The notes under the pieces were generated by a model. It did no database searches. It was given only the letters and a program-made list of their open reading frames with translations, and was not told where the DNA came from. A stretch of 30,989 nt of DNA from IMG/VR virus record IMGVR_UViG_3300025035_000074, positions 1 to 30,989 of that record; one strand, written 5' to 3'. This stretch comes from a virus (Duplodnaviria > Caudoviricetes). Below are positions 28,829-30,989 of this stretch, piece after piece; within the stretch, counting starts at the first letter, position 1; every line of letters starts with the position of its first letter. The position numbers and the translations under genes are program-made.

Positions 28829-28903
28829 CCAAATATGCTGTTATAATTATTAAATAGTATATGCTAAATACTTTTATACAGCAAACAAAAAGGAGCGTAT
28901 AAA

Positions 28904-29281
28904 ATGATACAACTACACGAACAAGACTTAGAGATAATAACAGAAGCATTAATTCTGGTAACAGAGTATAAAGCAGTTGCTTTATCAGCAAAGAAATTCA
29001 ATATTTTTAACACTTACTGGTTACCTGAAGCGATTGCCCAAATTGAAAAGAATAACTTTAAACTAAACCACCCAAAGAAGAATGTCTTCATTTGGATAAT
29101 TGACCAGATCAATCACTGTAACTTACTATCACAAGGAGTTAAACCAGAATACGGCTATCCACTTAGCAAGACTAAAACTGGTGAAGCAGCAATCAGCATT
29201 TGCGAGAAAGCAGCAAGAGGCAAATCCGCTTACTTAGCAGCCACAAGAGGTGAAAACAACTTCACAAAATTATTTGATTAA
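28904..29281 (+). CDS. Hypothetical protein
   Basis: AAGGAG RBS, 125 aa; TAAATA boxes upstream. Confidence 0.72.
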   Translation: MIQLHEQDLEIITEALILVTEYKAVALSAKKFNIFNTYWLPEAIAQIEKNNFKLNHPKKNVFIWIIDQINHCNLLSQGVKPEYGYPLSKTKTGEAAISICEKAARGKSAYLAATRGENNFTKLFD

Positions 29282-29299
29282 CATAAAGGAAAAAATAAA

Positions 29300-29641
29300 A
29301 TGAACACTACAACACAAACACCACAAACAACAGAAGTAACTCGTTTACAAGCAAAAGGTCGCCCAGTCAATCCAGACAAATGGATATCTGGACCAGACCC
29401 AACTGCGCACCGTTATTACGGAGCATTCACCCAACAACGAAACCAAGCAAAATTCAGAAAAGAAGGTTGGAATATGACATTCGCTGAATGGTATGCTATT
29501 TGGGGTCACAACATTATCAACAGAGGGCGGAAGAAATCCCAATTGACAATGACTCGTCCAAACATTAATAAGCCCTGGTCTGTTGACAATGTTCTTATTA
29601 TTACACGATCAAACAATGTAACACTAAAGGAAATCATTTAA
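29300..29641 (+). CDS. Small basic protein with degenerate HNH/His-Me-finger-like core
   Basis: QAKFRKEGWNMTFAEW...RGR...MTR.....PWSVDNV.IITR resembles phage HNH-like proteins; AAAGGA RBS. Confidence 0.55.
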   Translation: MNTTTQTPQTTEVTRLQAKGRPVNPDKWISGPDPTAHRYYGAFTQQRNQAKFRKEGWNMTFAEWYAIWGHNIINRGRKKSQLTMTRPNINKPWSVDNVLIITRSNNVTLKEII

Positions 29642-29710
29642 CTAAATACAATGTGACGATACCCAAACTGGATTCGTCACTGTTAACTAACCATAAAGAG
29701 ATAACACAAA

Positions 29711-29986
29711 ATGAAAAAACCATTAACAAAACTTGAACCGAAATCTGATACTACCTCTGATGTAGACTACTCAAAGTTCTATTCTGGGGAATACTTACCA
29801 CAATCCCCAACTTCTTATACTGCCCTGTCTGTCATATGCATTGAGCCTGGCAAATGGATCTTACGGCAAACAGATATCATCAACGACAAAATCGCAAAAA
29901 TTATTGAATCAAAGCCAAACGCAAGATCAGTTATTTTTGAATACTTTAAAATGGCAGCAGCAGATTTATACTACAAGGAGCACTAA
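29711..29986 (+). CDS. Hypothetical protein
   Basis: 91 aa; preceded by ACTAAATA (29641-29648) and a GTGACGA/TCGTCAC hairpin. Confidence 0.65.
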   Translation: MKKPLTKLEPKSDTTSDVDYSKFYSGEYLPQSPTSYTALSVICIEPGKWILRQTDIINDKIAKIIESKPNARSVIFEYFKMAAADLYYKEH

Positions 29987-29987
29987 A

Positions 29988-30371
29988 ATGAAATTCACAA
30001 AAGAACATATGACAGCAACCGCAGCAGTAACTACCTTTATATTGACAGTTTACTCAATAGTAACACACGACCCATACGCAATTAGCATTATGACACTATT
30101 GTCACTTTTGTTAATATATGATATCGTCAATGATATGACTTCAAACAGTAAAAAGATCAAAGCAGCAAACGAACTACTGATAGTGATTGACTCACAAATA
30201 AAACCAGAACTCAGCAGCATCAAAGAATCATTTACAGAACTTCAAATACAAGTTAGAGAAAACGTTAAATCACTAAACACCGAAATTACTGAAGCAACGA
30301 AAGAAGTAACAGTAGTTAAAGGTGAAGTCGCTAACTTACAAATGGCAAACGGATTTAAGAAATTAAAATAA
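29988..30371 (+). CDS. Two-TM membrane protein with C-terminal coiled coil
   Basis: AAGGAG RBS before ATG29988 (MKFTKEH); two hydrophobic segments, then heptad repeats. Confidence 0.7.
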   Translation: MKFTKEHMTATAAVTTFILTVYSIVTHDPYAISIMTLLSLLLIYDIVNDMTSNSKKIKAANELLIVIDSQIKPELSSIKESFTELQIQVRENVKSLNTEITEATKEVTVVKGEVANLQMANGFKKLK

Positions 30372-30375
30372 CATT

Positions 30376-30813
30376 ATGACAACACCAATCACAACAAAAA
30401 TTAAACCCGGACCCAAAGGAAAGAAGTTAGTTGAGGCAACTATAGTGGGACTGCCAGTAGGACGAGACAAAGTAGTAGTGCCGCCAATTGAAGTATTTAA
30501 GTTAGCCGAAATCGGTTGTAAGGATAATGAGATTGCTGACTGGTTTGGCATTGATAATAATACACTTAGATATAACTTCAGCGTTGAGTTGCTAAAAGGT
30601 AGAGAGTCTCTAAAGCAATCACTAAGAAAAGCACAAATTCAGTTAGGATTGTCAGGAAATTGTGTAATGTTGATATGGTTAGGCAAAAACTTACTTGGCC
30701 AAAGCGATAAGTTAGAGGTCCAAAACTCTGAAGTTGTAGAAGAAAAACTAAAAGACTGTGACACTGAAGTTATAGTGAATACATTATCTGATTTAAGAAA
30801 TGACAACGAATAA
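30376..30813 (+). CDS. terS: Terminase small subunit
   Basis: HTH (VFKLAEIGCKDNEIADWFGIDNNTL), ELLKGR..LK.SLR.AQ and MLIWLGKNLLGQSD motif; upstream of terL on the circle. Confidence 0.75.
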   Translation: MTTPITTKIKPGPKGKKLVEATIVGLPVGRDKVVVPPIEVFKLAEIGCKDNEIADWFGIDNNTLRYNFSVELLKGRESLKQSLRKAQIQLGLSGNCVMLIWLGKNLLGQSDKLEVQNSEVVEEKLKDCDTEVIVNTLSDLRNDNE

Positions 30814-30989
30814 GGATAGATGGGTCAATAGACGGAGAATGGCTTGGGCAGCATTGTGTTCAAGCCTTCTCTTTCCTATATTACACTTATGGACTGATTT
30901 ATCAACCATAGCAGTCCCTTTCTATCTTTTTACTTCAAGTGTAGTTGGAGCATACATTGGATTTGCGACCATAGATGACAAATGGAATA
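30800..30989 (+). CDS. 70-aa two-TM holin-like protein spanning the junction (continues through 164-186; TGA at 184-186)
   Basis: MTTNKDRWVNRRRMAWAALCSSLLFPILHLWTDLSTIAVPFYLFTSSVVGAYIGFATIDDKWNKNENNQA; missing from the linear ORF track. Confidence 0.7.
   Translation, partial: MTTNKDRWVNRRRMAWAALCSSLLFPILHLWTDLSTIAVPFYLFTSSVVGAYIGFATIDDKWN
30827..30989. repeat. Terminal direct repeat, right copy
   Basis: Matches 1-163 with one substitution. Confidence 0.97.

Noticed and set aside
1039-30551. Minus-strand ORFs of 60-208 aa, e.g. 18337-18963 and 23665-24150
   Set aside because: They are antisense shadows of longer + strand genes, with no RBS or recognisable motifs.

Overview
This window looks like a complete, circularly permuted ~30.8 kb tailed-phage genome. 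Bases 1-163 recur at 30827-30989 with one mismatch, giving a 30,826-bp circle. It has podovirus-like architecture and all credible genes lie on the + strand. The gene order is TerS, a small 2-TM protein across the junction, TerL, portal, scaffold, major capsid, two fibre/spike genes with a shared N-terminus, adaptor and nozzle-like tail proteins, four putative ejection proteins, three more fibre/adhesin genes, a holin-like gene and an HNH nuclease. A non-structural region of only about 4 kb follows. Its one recognisable replication gene is a compact PolA-palm (TV-Pol-like) protein, which carries a 60-bp element inside its own gene and twice just downstream. I recognise no helicase, SSB, integrase, repressor, sigma factor/RNAP or endolysin. 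Most intergenic gaps carry a T4-late-promoter-like (T)ATAAATA box, often followed at once by a hairpin. Together these suggest (inference) a virion-autonomous but helper-dependent, virophage-like phage that borrows late transcription, replication and possibly lysis from a T4-like myovirus. Other notable items are a kissing-loop RNA in front of the replication operon, a small promoter-terminator-bounded ncRNA, putative self-cleaving C-terminal domains on two adjacent ejection proteins, and a fibre-tip motif apparently split 3:1 between two genes. All family assignments come from motif recognition by eye, not database searches.
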